A stretch of 61,180 bases of DNA, from the IMG/VR virus record IMGVR_UViG_3300043414_000203, positions 1-61,180 of that record; one strand, 5' to 3'. This DNA comes from a virus (lineage: Duplodnaviria; Caudoviricetes). Both the position numbers and the translations under genes were made by a program. The notes below the pieces were generated by a model. It was not told where the DNA came from, did no database searches, and worked only from the letters and a program-made list of their open reading frames with translations. Shown here one piece after another: positions 19,001 to 28,397 of the stretch; positions within the stretch are counted from its first letter, which is position 1, and each line of letters opens with the position of its first letter.

Positions 19001-22000
19001 GGGGGCCAAGAAGAAACATAAGTGAATTAATTGCATGGGGATTAACAGATCCTGATTATCAAAGTTATTTGTCTACTATAAAAGTAGGTGACAAAACTGC
19101 ATTTTCAAAATTTGTTGATGCTCTGCGTAAATTATTAGGATTAAAAGAACAGTATCAAACTGCTCTTGAGAAGGTTGCTTACATAACAGAACAGCTTGTT
19201 ACTGAAAATGTTGCAGAAACAGAAAAATTAATTGAGTCTGTTGGTGGAAAGTTTGGTCTTAAACCATTAATGAGTCCATCTCAAGCATTTACTTCCAAGT
19301 CTGAGGTTGGATCCAATAGTGAGATCAGCAAATTTCTTGAAGAGAAATGGCAGCGTCTGGTGGATGGCCCACCAAAAACTAAGCCTAAAGGGTTTGATCA
19401 CGTACCCGATGACTACTGGGATGGCATCAACCCAATCTTCTATCCGCAGGGTAAGAACATCTTCAAGAAGATGGATGACATGCGTCCTACTTTTTGGAAA
19501 CGGTTGGCGCAGGGTATTGCAGATCAGTACCGTTCTATCAAAGACTATAGTGAAGAAGCCTACATGCTGGCACGTATGTCCAAGACTGTGGATGGCGCGC
19601 TAGAAGGACTGATGTTCTTTGGGCAGGTGATGTTAGATAACGGCGCTCTTAATATCAAGCCAGACACCAAAGGGTTGTTAGATATATTTAAGCCACTAGG
19701 TGAAGAGGTTGATACCTTTATGATTTGGCAGGCTATGAGCCGTGATGCAGAGTTAGCTGCAAACAATCGCGCTCCATCTATTAAGCAAGAACTTGTTGCT
19801 AAACGCAAAATATTGTCTGACGGAACGATGCCTGACGGTAAAAACCGTTTGGAATTATATGAATCAGTACAAAAAGATTTAAATCAACTCAATCGTTCTG
19901 TGCTTCGTATTGCTTACAAGCAAGGACTGATAGACAAGAAAGCGTTTGCTATATTCTCACGCGACATTAATTACATCCCGTTCTACAAAGTGATGGAAGA
20001 TAATGGTGACGTCCAGGCTGCGGCTACTAAGTCTGGCTTAGTTAACCAGTACATGTCAAAGGCTCTTAAAGGCGGAGAGAAACCTTTTGGTGATTTGATG
20101 GAGAACACGATTCGTAACTGGAGTCACATCTTATCTGCCGCACAAAAGAATGCTGCCGGTGGGGCTACGATTAAAGCTGCTGTAGAACAAGGCGGGGCGT
20201 TTCCTAATCTTAAATCTGATCTTGGTTGGCAAGACGGCAAAGTATATGCAACCAAGCGTATGGCTTCAGTAGACAAGATTAATGACAATGATGAGCTAAG
20301 TGATTCACAAAAGCAGGCAAAGATTGATCGCATAATGAAACCGTATGTTGACGCTATCAATGAGCGCACAGACATAGATCAATCACGCAAAGATAATCTA
20401 ATAGAAGGTTTGTACGAAGGTCTGGCTAACGGTGATGGAAAGCTTATCCCAGAGATGACTACATCCGAGGGTAAGGGTATATCCAAGGTTATGATTGGCG
20501 GTCAGCCAACGTACTTCAAAGTAGAAGATCAACTGTTGATGGAGGCTATTGCTTCTATTGGATACATGGGGCCAAAGTCTAAATTCTTGGATGTTGCTCG
20601 TGATTTTAAAAACATGCTGCAATTCGGCGTGACTATTAGTCCAGCGTTTAAAGTACGTAACTTGTTCCGTGATTCTATAGCCGCTATGGCTGTCAGTGAT
20701 CTGAAGAAGCAACCATGGGCTAACGTGGTTAAAGGCTGGGCTGAGTCTGAGCGAAATAATCCTGCACACATATCTGCTCTAGCGGGCGGCGCTATCTTTA
20801 ACTTTGGATCTGCCTATGAGGGTGACCAGGCAAAGATGATCCGCCGGTTAATTAAGATGGGTGTGAAAGAAAACGACATCCTTGATACACCAGAGAAGAT
20901 TAAAGCTGGATTATCAAAGATGTGGGATGCCTACCAAGAGTTTGGCAACAAGTCTGAATCTGCCAACCGCATGGCGCTGTACACCCAGCTACGCGAAAAG
21001 AATATGGATCACCTACAGGCGTCTTTCTATGCCAGAGATATGTTGGACTTCTCTATGCAAGGTTCTTGGCCTGCTGTCCGTATGGTTACGCAAGTAGTGC
21101 CGTTTTTAAACGCTCGCGTACAAGGTTTGTACAAACTGGGCAGGGATGGTCTTAATCCTACTGTTCGTGTTATCTATAACTCAGTAACAGGTAAACCTCT
21201 TGAGCTAACTGACAAACAGAAAGCTCAACAGTTCTCTACTGTTATGACTGCTGTGGCTTTAGCTTCTTTGATGCTGTACATGGCATTTAAAGATGATGAA
21301 GATTTTAAAAAACGCGAAGAGTGGGATAGAGATAACTTCTGGTGGTTCAAACTACCTGGTATGGAGACAGCTATTCGCATACCTAAGCCGTTTGAAATTG
21401 GCGCGTTTGGAACTATAGCGGAAAGAACAGCCGAGCAGATTATGGACAAGAGCGCAGAAGGTAAGACGTTTGAGAAAAGCTTAAAGCGCATGTTGACAGA
21501 TACGTTTGCTATTAACCCTGTACCACAAATGATTCGCCCGTTGGTAGATTTGTACGCTAACAAGGACAGCTTTACTGGCGCGCCTATTGAGACCGCAGGC
21601 ATGGAAAGACTTTCCAAAGAACAACGTATAGCTGAGAAGACTAGCCCGCTGGCTATAGCTTTATCAAAAGTAACAAATGTGTTCTTACCTGAAAGTTCGG
21701 AAATATCCCCTGTGCAGACAGACTACGCTATCAAGTCTTACTTTGGATGGCTGGGTGGTACTGCTTCTGCTACGTCTCACTATGCTGTCATGCCGTTCTC
21801 TAAGTCTGCTTACCCAGATCAAGATTGGAAAGAAACAATGTCGCTGGGATTTATCAAATCACTTCCAACGGCACAGTCAAAATATGTGACAGCGTTTTAC
21901 GAGAGCAATAAAGAGATTAGCCAGGCTTATGCTGACATGCGCCACTTCATGGAAATAGGCGAGATGGATAAAGCTCAGAAGATCATGCAAGAGAAGGGTG

Positions 22001-22197
22001 ATCAGATTGCCTTAGCTAAGTTCTATGACAAAGCATCAAAAGATATGTCAAAAGTAAGGCAAGTAATTTTACATATCCGCGCAGATGACACTATGAATGG
22101 CGCGCAAAAGAAAGAAGAGATTGACCGACTAAAAATATTAATCGGTGAGATTGCGCAGCAGATGGAAGAATCCCGCAAGACTCTTAGTCAACGCTAG
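16030..22197 (+). CDS. Giant polyvalent ejection protein (DdrB-like ParB, zincin-like, LPD38-like domains)
   Basis: QNRDRS/GAPVV/RYAVVDA..PSH/GNGRVAGL; IHEFLH; RDNFWW..RIPKPFEIG. ATG 16030 preferred (RBS GAGG). Confidence 0.75.
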   Translation: MPSLTEILKDPNYVNANEATKRAIFDKYSTQDQNYSGANDATKDAIRQKFGVVTEARAEPAAPKERTMVEAAKDIGAGLVSGTGALTQLPGQIYGLATGDFSDTGLTKVGREMREYGESMKSEELKRREVERSAKISAAEKEGQISAGVTAFMETIKDPALLTNFIAEQAPNLIPGLGVARGLKAAGMGAQAVRGAIGTGAVQQGADIGAQTYEELYKELKDKGMSDGEAAGRALGYARATGAGAAVISVLAQRLPGARAIEEAMAGVEGKAATGILAKAGRAGRAVSGAAGEAGSEIAEETGGKLAQNIAMAQERPDFSLTTGLGQTAGMAAVGGVGMGGVSGAISRGQVETLPPETPPEKPVEKPVGVETPPGAIPTPKLNRASDDEIKRLDTYYEGKPEDFGLSLADIQNRDRSKPSYVGQMQSIAAKPNYDRISVSREFASGAPVVISDIQLPDTQLGRIETVASEDNTRFPIRYAVVDAGQLTPSHLVDGTAVQNYGDPSVEGIRPVAGNGRVAGLMQAYKQGTAENYKTMMMEDTDHGINPEVIQQMANPVLVRIMPKADLTSDIADKSNVAGQMRMTPAEQAKVDLGRFDVTKVDFMADGAPSYESLVQFINSMPESERGELMDEGAPSKEAVTRVNNAIFSHAYDSPQLMRLFSQAIDPEAATVMRAVALAAPSMHKLNEAGEYDFRDRLINAAQEIVNARRRGISLATFRQQQDIDRDPYTAKIMDFFIDNLRAPRRMGDVLTELADAAHQQSVTGEDMFGEVPKVPMQDIFNRILGGDPITQPFTQKTVEVEEPEVKERIPFEIDKSVHEIAKEIYGMSVPQLSQWMIDNAPNSAAKAIAEAIHNRIKEYDSLGVSMTLEILQGKKRDKTALGSAQFIPTTQGTSFVVRLNAPPTANNTDILTGTEYETIIHEFLHVVTQVQIGLLPKTDPRIQELENLLDTVNRQIEKDMASGKNNDQLHPMILVFLNEKRYAPKKWKQWGPRRNISELIAWGLTDPDYQSYLSTIKVGDKTAFSKFVDALRKLLGLKEQYQTALEKVAYITEQLVTENVAETEKLIESVGGKFGLKPLMSPSQAFTSKSEVGSNSEISKFLEEKWQRLVDGPPKTKPKGFDHVPDDYWDGINPIFYPQGKNIFKKMDDMRPTFWKRLAQGIADQYRSIKDYSEEAYMLARMSKTVDGALEGLMFFGQVMLDNGALNIKPDTKGLLDIFKPLGEEVDTFMIWQAMSRDAELAANNRAPSIKQELVAKRKILSDGTMPDGKNRLELYESVQKDLNQLNRSVLRIAYKQGLIDKKAFAIFSRDINYIPFYKVMEDNGDVQAAATKSGLVNQYMSKALKGGEKPFGDLMENTIRNWSHILSAAQKNAAGGATIKAAVEQGGAFPNLKSDLGWQDGKVYATKRMASVDKINDNDELSDSQKQAKIDRIMKPYVDAINERTDIDQSRKDNLIEGLYEGLANGDGKLIPEMTTSEGKGISKVMIGGQPTYFKVEDQLLMEAIASIGYMGPKSKFLDVARDFKNMLQFGVTISPAFKVRNLFRDSIAAMAVSDLKKQPWANVVKGWAESERNNPAHISALAGGAIFNFGSAYEGDQAKMIRRLIKMGVKENDILDTPEKIKAGLSKMWDAYQEFGNKSESANRMALYTQLREKNMDHLQASFYARDMLDFSMQGSWPAVRMVTQVVPFLNARVQGLYKLGRDGLNPTVRVIYNSVTGKPLELTDKQKAQQFSTVMTAVALASLMLYMAFKDDEDFKKREEWDRDNFWWFKLPGMETAIRIPKPFEIGAFGTIAERTAEQIMDKSAEGKTFEKSLKRMLTDTFAINPVPQMIRPLVDLYANKDSFTGAPIETAGMERLSKEQRIAEKTSPLAIALSKVTNVFLPESSEISPVQTDYAIKSYFGWLGGTASATSHYAVMPFSKSAYPDQDWKETMSLGFIKSLPTAQSKYVTAFYESNKEISQAYADMRHFMEIGEMDKAQKIMQEKGDQIALAKFYDKASKDMSKVRQVILHIRADDTMNGAQKKEEIDRLKILIGEIAQQMEESRKTLSQR

Positions 22198-22474
22198 TGT
22201 TATGGAGAATCTCTATGGTCATCGCCATTAGATCCCACTCTGAGAGCCTATAACGTGTATAAAACCCCCTGCTTCCTAACCCATGGTATCCCGACTTTCC
22301 GACATGATGCTCAGGACAGAGGGGGATTACCAACCAGTCTGACGCCCGCTGCGCCCCACCCACTGCATCGCGGGGATGGTGGAGAACGGCAGGCGAGTAA
22401 CCGTTCCCAAGGTGGTGGCACATCACGCACCCTATGCCAGCTACTTCGTTCATATACTCTTTAACTGACTTCAC
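22184..22474 (-). CDS. Ref/DUF968-like HNH-type nuclease
   Basis: GCVMC..HH..IPLCPEHH..GYHG; GTG start assumed. Confidence 0.7.
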   Translation of the reverse strand: MKSVKEYMNEVAGIGCVMCHHLGNGYSPAVLHHPRDAVGGAQRASDWLVIPLCPEHHVGKSGYHGLGSRGFYTRYRLSEWDLMAMTIEILHNTSVD

Positions 22475-22658
22475 TCTGACCCCTTGTGCGAATAGCCTCA
22501 CCCAACTTTTCAATTTCTACACACTCATCTGCCATACGCGCACACGCCTCGCGTTCTTCCTGTATTGCACCATTAATAATCAACCGGACTTCTTCTTCTG
22601 AGTATTCTTTTTGACCAGCTCGTTGCAATCTAATTTGTCTATCCATAAATTCAGTCAT
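22461..22658 (-). CDS. Hypothetical protein (EREACA motif)
   Basis: Coupled ORF; EEREACARMA..AIRTRG. Confidence 0.65.
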   Translation of the reverse strand: MTEFMDRQIRLQRAGQKEYSEEEVRLIINGAIQEEREACARMADECVEIEKLGEAIRTRGQSEVS

Positions 22659-22852
22659 TCTTCGCTCCTATATTTCTTTGGTAGTTTGTAAGTTTTATCC
22701 CAAATCTGCTGCGGGATTTCTATAGACGCAAACTTGTGCCCACATTCACGACACACACGTTGGCGTTGAACAAAGTCAAACGTATCTGTTATGTCTCTGT
22801 ACTTGCGAGTGTCTGTAACCTGAGTGGGTTTATCGCACGATGGACACCACAT
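22655..22852 (-). CDS. NrdR N-terminal-like zinc-ribbon protein
   Basis: CPSC..QVTDTR..RQRVCRECGHKFASIE. Confidence 0.7.
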   Translation of the reverse strand: MWCPSCDKPTQVTDTRKYRDITDTFDFVQRQRVCRECGHKFASIEIPQQIWDKTYKLPKKYRSEE

Positions 22853-23012
22853 TCTTTTTCTTCCTCGCTTCTATATTGGCTAAACATTCTTTACAAACCC
22901 AGCGTGGGCTGCCCCTAGTTTGTTTCATGCCGCCGCCGTCCGGTGGTTTGAACGTGTTGCAGTGGGCACAATACTTACGGTCGTAGTTCATTCGTTTTCG
23001 CCACAGACTCAT
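22830..23012 (-). CDS. Small zinc-finger protein
   Basis: CAHC...RWVCKEC. Confidence 0.6.
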   Translation of the reverse strand: MSLWRKRMNYDRKYCAHCNTFKPPDGGGMKQTRGSPRWVCKECLANIEARKKKNVVSIVR

Positions 23013-23920
23013 TAAAGAATCTTGTCTACAGCTAAGAAGATGTTCTCAATAGAAGACAGAGTAGGTCTGTAACCTAAAGCATACGCAGCAGTATTGACTG
23101 AGTAATACTTTTCCTTCACGCCCGTAGCTGGTAGTCCTACCTGCGCTCCTACCGTCTCGTACTCTAGCTTGTATCTCTGTGCCATGTGAGTAAGCAGGCT
23201 GTCTTTAGAAACCGGCTGGCGGCTGTACATGTCCAAAGCAGTATTCATCTTGCCCTGTCGCAGCATGACGTTGATCATCTGGAAGAAGTCTAGTGGGCCA
23301 ACATAGTCACGCACGATAGGAGTACGGTCTACTTTGTACACAGTCTTTTCTTTGATGGTGCGAATCATGTCAGTGATCATGTACCGATAGTTAATGTTTA
23401 CCATCGGGCTGAAGTAATTGAACACTCGAAGGTCAAAGATATTGCGGTCTGTAATCCTGTGCCGGACTTCTGCCATCGCCTTGGCGTACCCGTAGTAATG
23501 TTTGGGTTGAAGGTCATTGAGAGGAAACGCGGATACTTTGTCAATGTCTGCCGGTGTGCTGAAGTTGTCTCCAAAGACTGCTCCGCTGGAGATGAAGATG
23601 TATTTACAGTCACGATATTTACCTATGTAATCCAATGCCATTTGGTCAAACGACTCGGTGATCTCAAAGATCTGCTCGCCCAGCTTGATGACCTTCTCAG
23701 GACTGCCAGCGCCTACGAAGTTGATGATGGCTTCTATGTCGCGGGCGTGTTTGAATTCTGCATAACTCTGCGATGTAAAGTTGCGCAGATCATTTTCTAA
23801 CATCCATGCAGTCACATCACTGATGCGGCGTGAGTAGAGTTCTAACTTATGCTCGTCGCTAAAAGATAGGATCAAGTCTTTAGCTATGGCGCTAGTTGCA
23901 CCCAGTATGGCTATCTTCAT
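23012..23920 (-). CDS. NAD-dependent epimerase/reductase (extended SDR)
   Basis: ILGATSAIA, FISSGAVFG, YGYAK catalytic YxxxK, VRDYV. Confidence 0.85.
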   Translation of the reverse strand: MKIAILGATSAIAKDLILSFSDEHKLELYSRRISDVTAWMLENDLRNFTSQSYAEFKHARDIEAIINFVGAGSPEKVIKLGEQIFEITESFDQMALDYIGKYRDCKYIFISSGAVFGDNFSTPADIDKVSAFPLNDLQPKHYYGYAKAMAEVRHRITDRNIFDLRVFNYFSPMVNINYRYMITDMIRTIKEKTVYKVDRTPIVRDYVGPLDFFQMINVMLRQGKMNTALDMYSRQPVSKDSLLTHMAQRYKLEYETVGAQVGLPATGVKEKYYSVNTAAYALGYRPTLSSIENIFLAVDKIL

Positions 23921-24648
23921 AGTTTCACCACCATTTCTTGTTGGAGTTCTTCGTCACTGAGGAAAGGAATCATGTCATGTAAGGGTGCTTGCTTGCCGTC
24001 TTTGAATGACTGAGCTGGCAGGACTTGCTGGTCTGTCTTGCAATTACAGTTAAAAATTATTGGGTCTCCACTATGCAAAGAAAGTTTAAAACCTACTTCC
24101 ATAGTTTCTGCATTTGCAATAAATGAATAGTGCATATTAAATGCCGTTGCTACATCTTTAAATTCAGGAAACCATACGCCAGTCTTGGGGCCAGTACCGT
24201 ATACCCTTCCTTCGTAAAACTTTGACTGTGTATTTTTAATACTCATATAGCCACTGTTGTTTAGGATAACAATCTTGATAGGCAAGTTGTGTTCGCGAAT
24301 GGTTGCTAGTTCCTGCATGTTGGACATAAAGCTGCCGTCCCCAACGACACAGATAACATTCTTTGCTCCCGCCTTAGCTACGCCGATAGCCGCAGGTAGC
24401 GCCCAGCCCATGTCACCCTGAGACTGGCTCATAATTAAACGCTGAGTACCTTTAAACTTAAACGCTTGCGGGATAACAAAGTAAGCCGTGCCAGCGTCGC
24501 ACATAATTACAGCGTCATCTGGAGCATAGGTGCTGATGGCATCTACTACGGAATAGATATCCAAGCCATTGTCATCTGGTAGTTGTTCGTGATGCGACCA
24601 CTTCTTTTTCCAGTGGGCACACTTATCTAACCATTCTTGTTTTGTCAT
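23917..24648 (-). CDS. ThDP-dependent enzyme, C-terminal (PP) domain; acetolactate synthase/YerE-like
   Basis: MGWALPAAIG and GDGSF..ELATI..ILNN ThDP motif. Confidence 0.85.
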   Translation of the reverse strand: MTKQEWLDKCAHWKKKWSHHEQLPDDNGLDIYSVVDAISTYAPDDAVIMCDAGTAYFVIPQAFKFKGTQRLIMSQSQGDMGWALPAAIGVAKAGAKNVICVVGDGSFMSNMQELATIREHNLPIKIVILNNSGYMSIKNTQSKFYEGRVYGTGPKTGVWFPEFKDVATAFNMHYSFIANAETMEVGFKLSLHSGDPIIFNCNCKTDQQVLPAQSFKDGKQAPLHDMIPFLSDEELQQEMVVKL

Positions 24649-25658
24649 AGCATGGCTCCAAAGAATTGATCTAACGGCACCTGTATCTTTTCTTGTACTG
24701 AAATAATATCTTTGTTTAATTCACCAGATTGAATATCTACATAGATCTTGTAGCTCTGTGGGCTAAACTGTTTAGGGTCGTACCCTATTACTGGCGCTCC
24801 CAAAGATGTGCCGAGAATAAGAAGCGTGTCTGCGTTCTGCATGGAAAAGTTTCCAGCGCGGCTGCCTCTAAGTCCAACAGCGCCCATGTTTAGCGGGTGA
24901 TCAAACGGCGCATAGTCCTGCGCTCCGTAGGTAGTAACAAACGGTAGTTGGTACTTCTCCACAAACCTTATAAATGCAAGATGACATCCAGCCTGACGAA
25001 GACCCACGCCAGCCAAGACTACCGGTCTTTCTGCAAGGTGCAGTTGTGACGTTAGTTTCAAATGATCAAAAGTTACCTTTGATGGTTTGCGTGATACGTA
25101 TTCTAAAGACGTATGCTCTGGCATCTGTGCTGCTTGTATGTTGCTAGGCACATCTATCCATACTGGCCCTGGTCTGCCGCGTGTGGCTTGATCTACAGCC
25201 ATGTGCATCATGTACTCAACATTTTCTGGTTGACTAATAAACCCAGCAACTTTGGTAATGGACTTAACTGTGTCTATGATGTGATGTTCTTGCGCCCCGT
25301 AATGCCTGACATCAACAGATTTATAAGTCTTCAACCAGTGAGCTGTGTTATCAGTGCGCACGTTGCCTGACAGGAATAGAACTGGCACACCATCTTGCCA
25401 AGCGTTCAGCACACTGGTTATGCAGTTAGTACCACCGCAGCCTGTAGTGGGGTTCACCACAGAGAACGTGCCTGTGTACTTGGCTTCGCCTATAGCAGCA
25501 TGTCCAGCGCCCTGCTCGTGGTGGTAGCAAATGTATTCAATGCCCTTGTGTTTGATAAAGCCATCATTCAAGCCCGCTGCGCCACCGCCCATCAGGCCAT
25601 GCACTCTGCTGACTCCTATCTCCCACAGGTAGTCTGCTATCCAATCAGCTACTCTCAT
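24645..25658 (-). CDS. ThDP-dependent enzyme, N-terminal and central domains
   Basis: MRVADWIA..HHEQGAGHAA..TTGCGGTN..GRPGPVWIDVP; ATG 25658 overlaps rfbH stop. Confidence 0.85.
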   Translation of the reverse strand: MRVADWIADYLWEIGVSRVHGLMGGGAAGLNDGFIKHKGIEYICYHHEQGAGHAAIGEAKYTGTFSVVNPTTGCGGTNCITSVLNAWQDGVPVLFLSGNVRTDNTAHWLKTYKSVDVRHYGAQEHHIIDTVKSITKVAGFISQPENVEYMMHMAVDQATRGRPGPVWIDVPSNIQAAQMPEHTSLEYVSRKPSKVTFDHLKLTSQLHLAERPVVLAGVGLRQAGCHLAFIRFVEKYQLPFVTTYGAQDYAPFDHPLNMGAVGLRGSRAGNFSMQNADTLLILGTSLGAPVIGYDPKQFSPQSYKIYVDIQSGELNKDIISVQEKIQVPLDQFFGAML

Positions 25659-26890
25659 CAATAGTCCCTTATAAATTTGTTGATGGTCTCTGCCACGTAG
25701 GTCAGCATCTCGCGGGTGAGAGCAGGTTGAACCCCGACCCAGAACGTGTTGTTCATAACCTCGTCTGTCTTCTCTAACTTGCCGTGGATGCGGTAGTTCT
25801 GACCTTTCATGAACGGCTGTTTGGTAGCGTTGCCAGCAAAGACTAGCCGCGTTCCAATCTTGTGTTCGTTTAGATACCAAGTCAGTTCATCCCGTTTGAA
25901 CTTAGCTTTAGGCGAGACAGTAATAGGAAGTCCAAACCATGAAGGCCACGCATCTGGATAAACTGTTGGAAATAACAATTGATAGTTGTGTGACAACGCA
26001 CCTTTTAAAAAGTTGTAGTTGTCTCTGCGCATCTGAACAAATCTTTCCAGTTGTTCTAGCTGTCCCCAACCACAGGCTGCCTGCATCTCTGTGATCTTCA
26101 TGTTGTAGCCAACGTGCGTGAAGACGTACTTGTGGTCGTACCCTTCTGGCAGGTCTTCAAACTTCTGGCAGAACCGCTGCTTGCAAGTGTTGTCCTTGCC
26201 AGGCTCGCACCAACAGTCACGACCCCAATCCCTGAAAGACTCAACAAGTCTGGTCAGCTTGGTGTTGTTAATGACCACCGCACCGCCTTCGCCCATTGTG
26301 ATGTGGTGAGCTGGAAAGAATGACAGCGTAGCCAAGTCACCGAACGTACCTACCTTCTTGTTTTTCCACTCCGCACCCAGCGCGTCGCAGCAGTCTTCTA
26401 TCAGCCACAGGTTGTACTTCTTAGCTAGAGCTACCACTTCTTCTACGTTGAAAGGATTGCCCAGTGTGTGAGCTAGGAAGATAGCTTTAGTCTTGCTGGT
26501 GATAGCGTTCTCTATTTCCTTAGTGCAGATGTTTAGCGTCCAATTCACATCTAGGAATACTGGCACCGCGCCGTACTGTAGGATCGGGTTGATCGTAGTA
26601 GGAAACCCGCAGGCAACAGAGATAACTTCATCACCCTTCTGGATAGCCCTGTCCCCCAACTTCGGGGAGGTCAGAGCTGAAAAGGCTATTAAGTTAGCAG
26701 AGCTGCCTGAGTTCACAGTACGCACGGCCTTGCACCCAAGATACTTGGTTAGACCATCCTCAAACCAGCGGTTATATTGACCGGCAGTAAGCCAGCCTTT
26801 ATCCACCGCGTCGTGCATGTAGTCTTTCTCTATATCCCCTATCACCTGCCCAGAGGCAGGGACGAAGGTTTCTCCTGGGACAAAACTCAT
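25658..26890 (-). CDS. rfbH: CDP-4-keto-6-deoxyglucose 3-dehydratase (E1, RfbH/DdhC)
   Basis: VNSGSSANL, EDCCDALG, SFFPAHHITMGEGG (His in place of the aminotransferase Lys), DWGRDCWC..NTC, GYDHKY. Confidence 0.9.
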   Translation of the reverse strand: MSFVPGETFVPASGQVIGDIEKDYMHDAVDKGWLTAGQYNRWFEDGLTKYLGCKAVRTVNSGSSANLIAFSALTSPKLGDRAIQKGDEVISVACGFPTTINPILQYGAVPVFLDVNWTLNICTKEIENAITSKTKAIFLAHTLGNPFNVEEVVALAKKYNLWLIEDCCDALGAEWKNKKVGTFGDLATLSFFPAHHITMGEGGAVVINNTKLTRLVESFRDWGRDCWCEPGKDNTCKQRFCQKFEDLPEGYDHKYVFTHVGYNMKITEMQAACGWGQLEQLERFVQMRRDNYNFLKGALSHNYQLLFPTVYPDAWPSWFGLPITVSPKAKFKRDELTWYLNEHKIGTRLVFAGNATKQPFMKGQNYRIHGKLEKTDEVMNNTFWVGVQPALTREMLTYVAETINKFIRDY

Positions 26891-27669
26891 ACAGGCGTTC
26901 CTTGTGGTGCTTGTTGTTGGAGATACTGTTCAGGTTGCGGAGTTAAGATGCCGTCGAACATGTGTGTGCCGATATGTGCAAGCTTCGCCCACGGCGCTGC
27001 CCACACAGTGCCGCCGCACTTCTCACGCCATTCCTTACAGAAGTGATAGTCCTCAGACAGCAGACGTTCACCCAGTGGCTCGATGCTAGTAGCAAAAAAC
27101 TCAGAGATACGTTCCTTACCAATGTTGCCACCCAGATCGTGCGTGTCGTTGATATAGCTAGGTACGTGATCCTTTAGCTGTTCAAACACTTCGCGCTTGA
27201 TTAACATGAATCCTGTACCGCCATTCCAGATTTCTACTGGCGAGTTCACATCGACTTGAACTTGTTCGGCGTAGTTCATAAGGTTCACCACAAATGAACC
27301 GGAGAAATGACGGAGCTGGTCTGCCGGTACACCTGCTTGTGCTGCCTTGTGAATCTGATTCCAGTTGATCTCTTTCTTGGGATAGATGCCGCAGATGATT
27401 GGCTTGTCTGCCAACATCATTGGAAGAACATCGGCTGGGTCAAAGCGAATGTCTGCATCTATAAACAATAGATGAGTGTGGTCTGTCTTCATAAAACCGT
27501 GCGCCAAGGCATTACGTGCGCGTTGGATCAGTGACTCGTTGAACAGGAAGCTGACAGCGGTGTCAATCTTGTTCTGCTGCAACTGTGTCTGCAGGGTCAT
27601 GATTGCTTGTGTGTAGTAGCCGTAGCATAGGCCGCCGTACATAGGTGTCGCAATAAACAATTTTGCCAT
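26887..27669 (-). CDS. Glycosyltransferase (GT-A fold, phage type)
   Basis: IATPMYGG, ESLIQRARN, FIDADI, GTGFMLIKR, LSEDYHFC. Confidence 0.8.
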   Translation of the reverse strand: MAKLFIATPMYGGLCYGYYTQAIMTLQTQLQQNKIDTAVSFLFNESLIQRARNALAHGFMKTDHTHLLFIDADIRFDPADVLPMMLADKPIICGIYPKKEINWNQIHKAAQAGVPADQLRHFSGSFVVNLMNYAEQVQVDVNSPVEIWNGGTGFMLIKREVFEQLKDHVPSYINDTHDLGGNIGKERISEFFATSIEPLGERLLSEDYHFCKEWREKCGGTVWAAPWAKLAHIGTHMFDGILTPQPEQYLQQQAPQGTPV

Positions 27670-27679
27670 TTTTATTTTC

Positions 27680-28396
27680 CTAGAAATTAAAGATATGTTT
27701 TTTTGTCCATGAGTAATCAGGACGGTTTAATAACATCCAGCCGTTGTTGTTAAGAAATTTCTCTGCCGTCATACCTCCCGTGCCATCCGCAGATAGTCTG
27801 TAATTGACAGAATGTTTGCCGGTACTTCCGCATCGAATCTTGGCCCGCATGAGTTCAGATTGAAAACTTCTATCCGAGACAATGGGGACGTACCAAGCAT
27901 GGCTATGTCGGCGCGCAACATCTGTTCTAACAACGTAACAGGAGTTGTCAACGAGGTACTGGTTAACTGAGTTGGGGATACATCCAATAGATTCGCAGTT
28001 GTCATCACAGATAAAATTTCCTTCATTGTTTACAATCTTTCTCAGGCTGTACGCCCATCCAAGGTCATGCTTCTCTATCATTTCAACGAGTGATTCGATA
28101 TGGTCTGGCTCGTACCAGTTGTCATCGTCGAGGTAACAGATGACGTCTTCTGTGATGGCAAATGGAGCAAGAGCAAAAACAGGAGCCATGCCATAACCCC
28201 CGCCACCATTAGCGCGAGGTAGGTGAACGGCGACCGTATCATTCGCCAAGTGAGGGATGGTTTTGTCGGAATACTCCGCACCGTGTATGAATACATAATG
28301 AGTAGCCTTCCTAGTTTGATCTTTAACACTTTGTATCGCCTTGGTTATGGTTGATCTACCCTGTGTGCTGGTCACCACCGCTACGGATAAGCTCAT
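27680..28396 (-). CDS. Glycosyltransferase family 2-like
   Basis: AIQSVKDQT, YLDDDNW DxD motif. Confidence 0.8.
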   Translation of the reverse strand: MSLSVAVVTSTQGRSTITKAIQSVKDQTRKATHYVFIHGAEYSDKTIPHLANDTVAVHLPRANGGGGYGMAPVFALAPFAITEDVICYLDDDNWYEPDHIESLVEMIEKHDLGWAYSLRKIVNNEGNFICDDNCESIGCIPNSVNQYLVDNSCYVVRTDVARRHSHAWYVPIVSDRSFQSELMRAKIRCGSTGKHSVNYRLSADGTGGMTAEKFLNNNGWMLLNRPDYSWTKKHIFNF

Positions 28397-28397
28397 G

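Noticed and set aside
23917-25658. ThDP gene as a frameshifted pseudogene
   Set aside because: Clean ATGA coupling at a domain linker with RBS and intact motifs; kept as a split gene
24645-25880. ORF-track long starts (25880, and similarly 16012, 30275, 43582, 46063, 52186, 58080, 59841)
   Set aside because: They overlap upstream genes or promoters; downstream starts fit better by RBS, translational coupling or domain start
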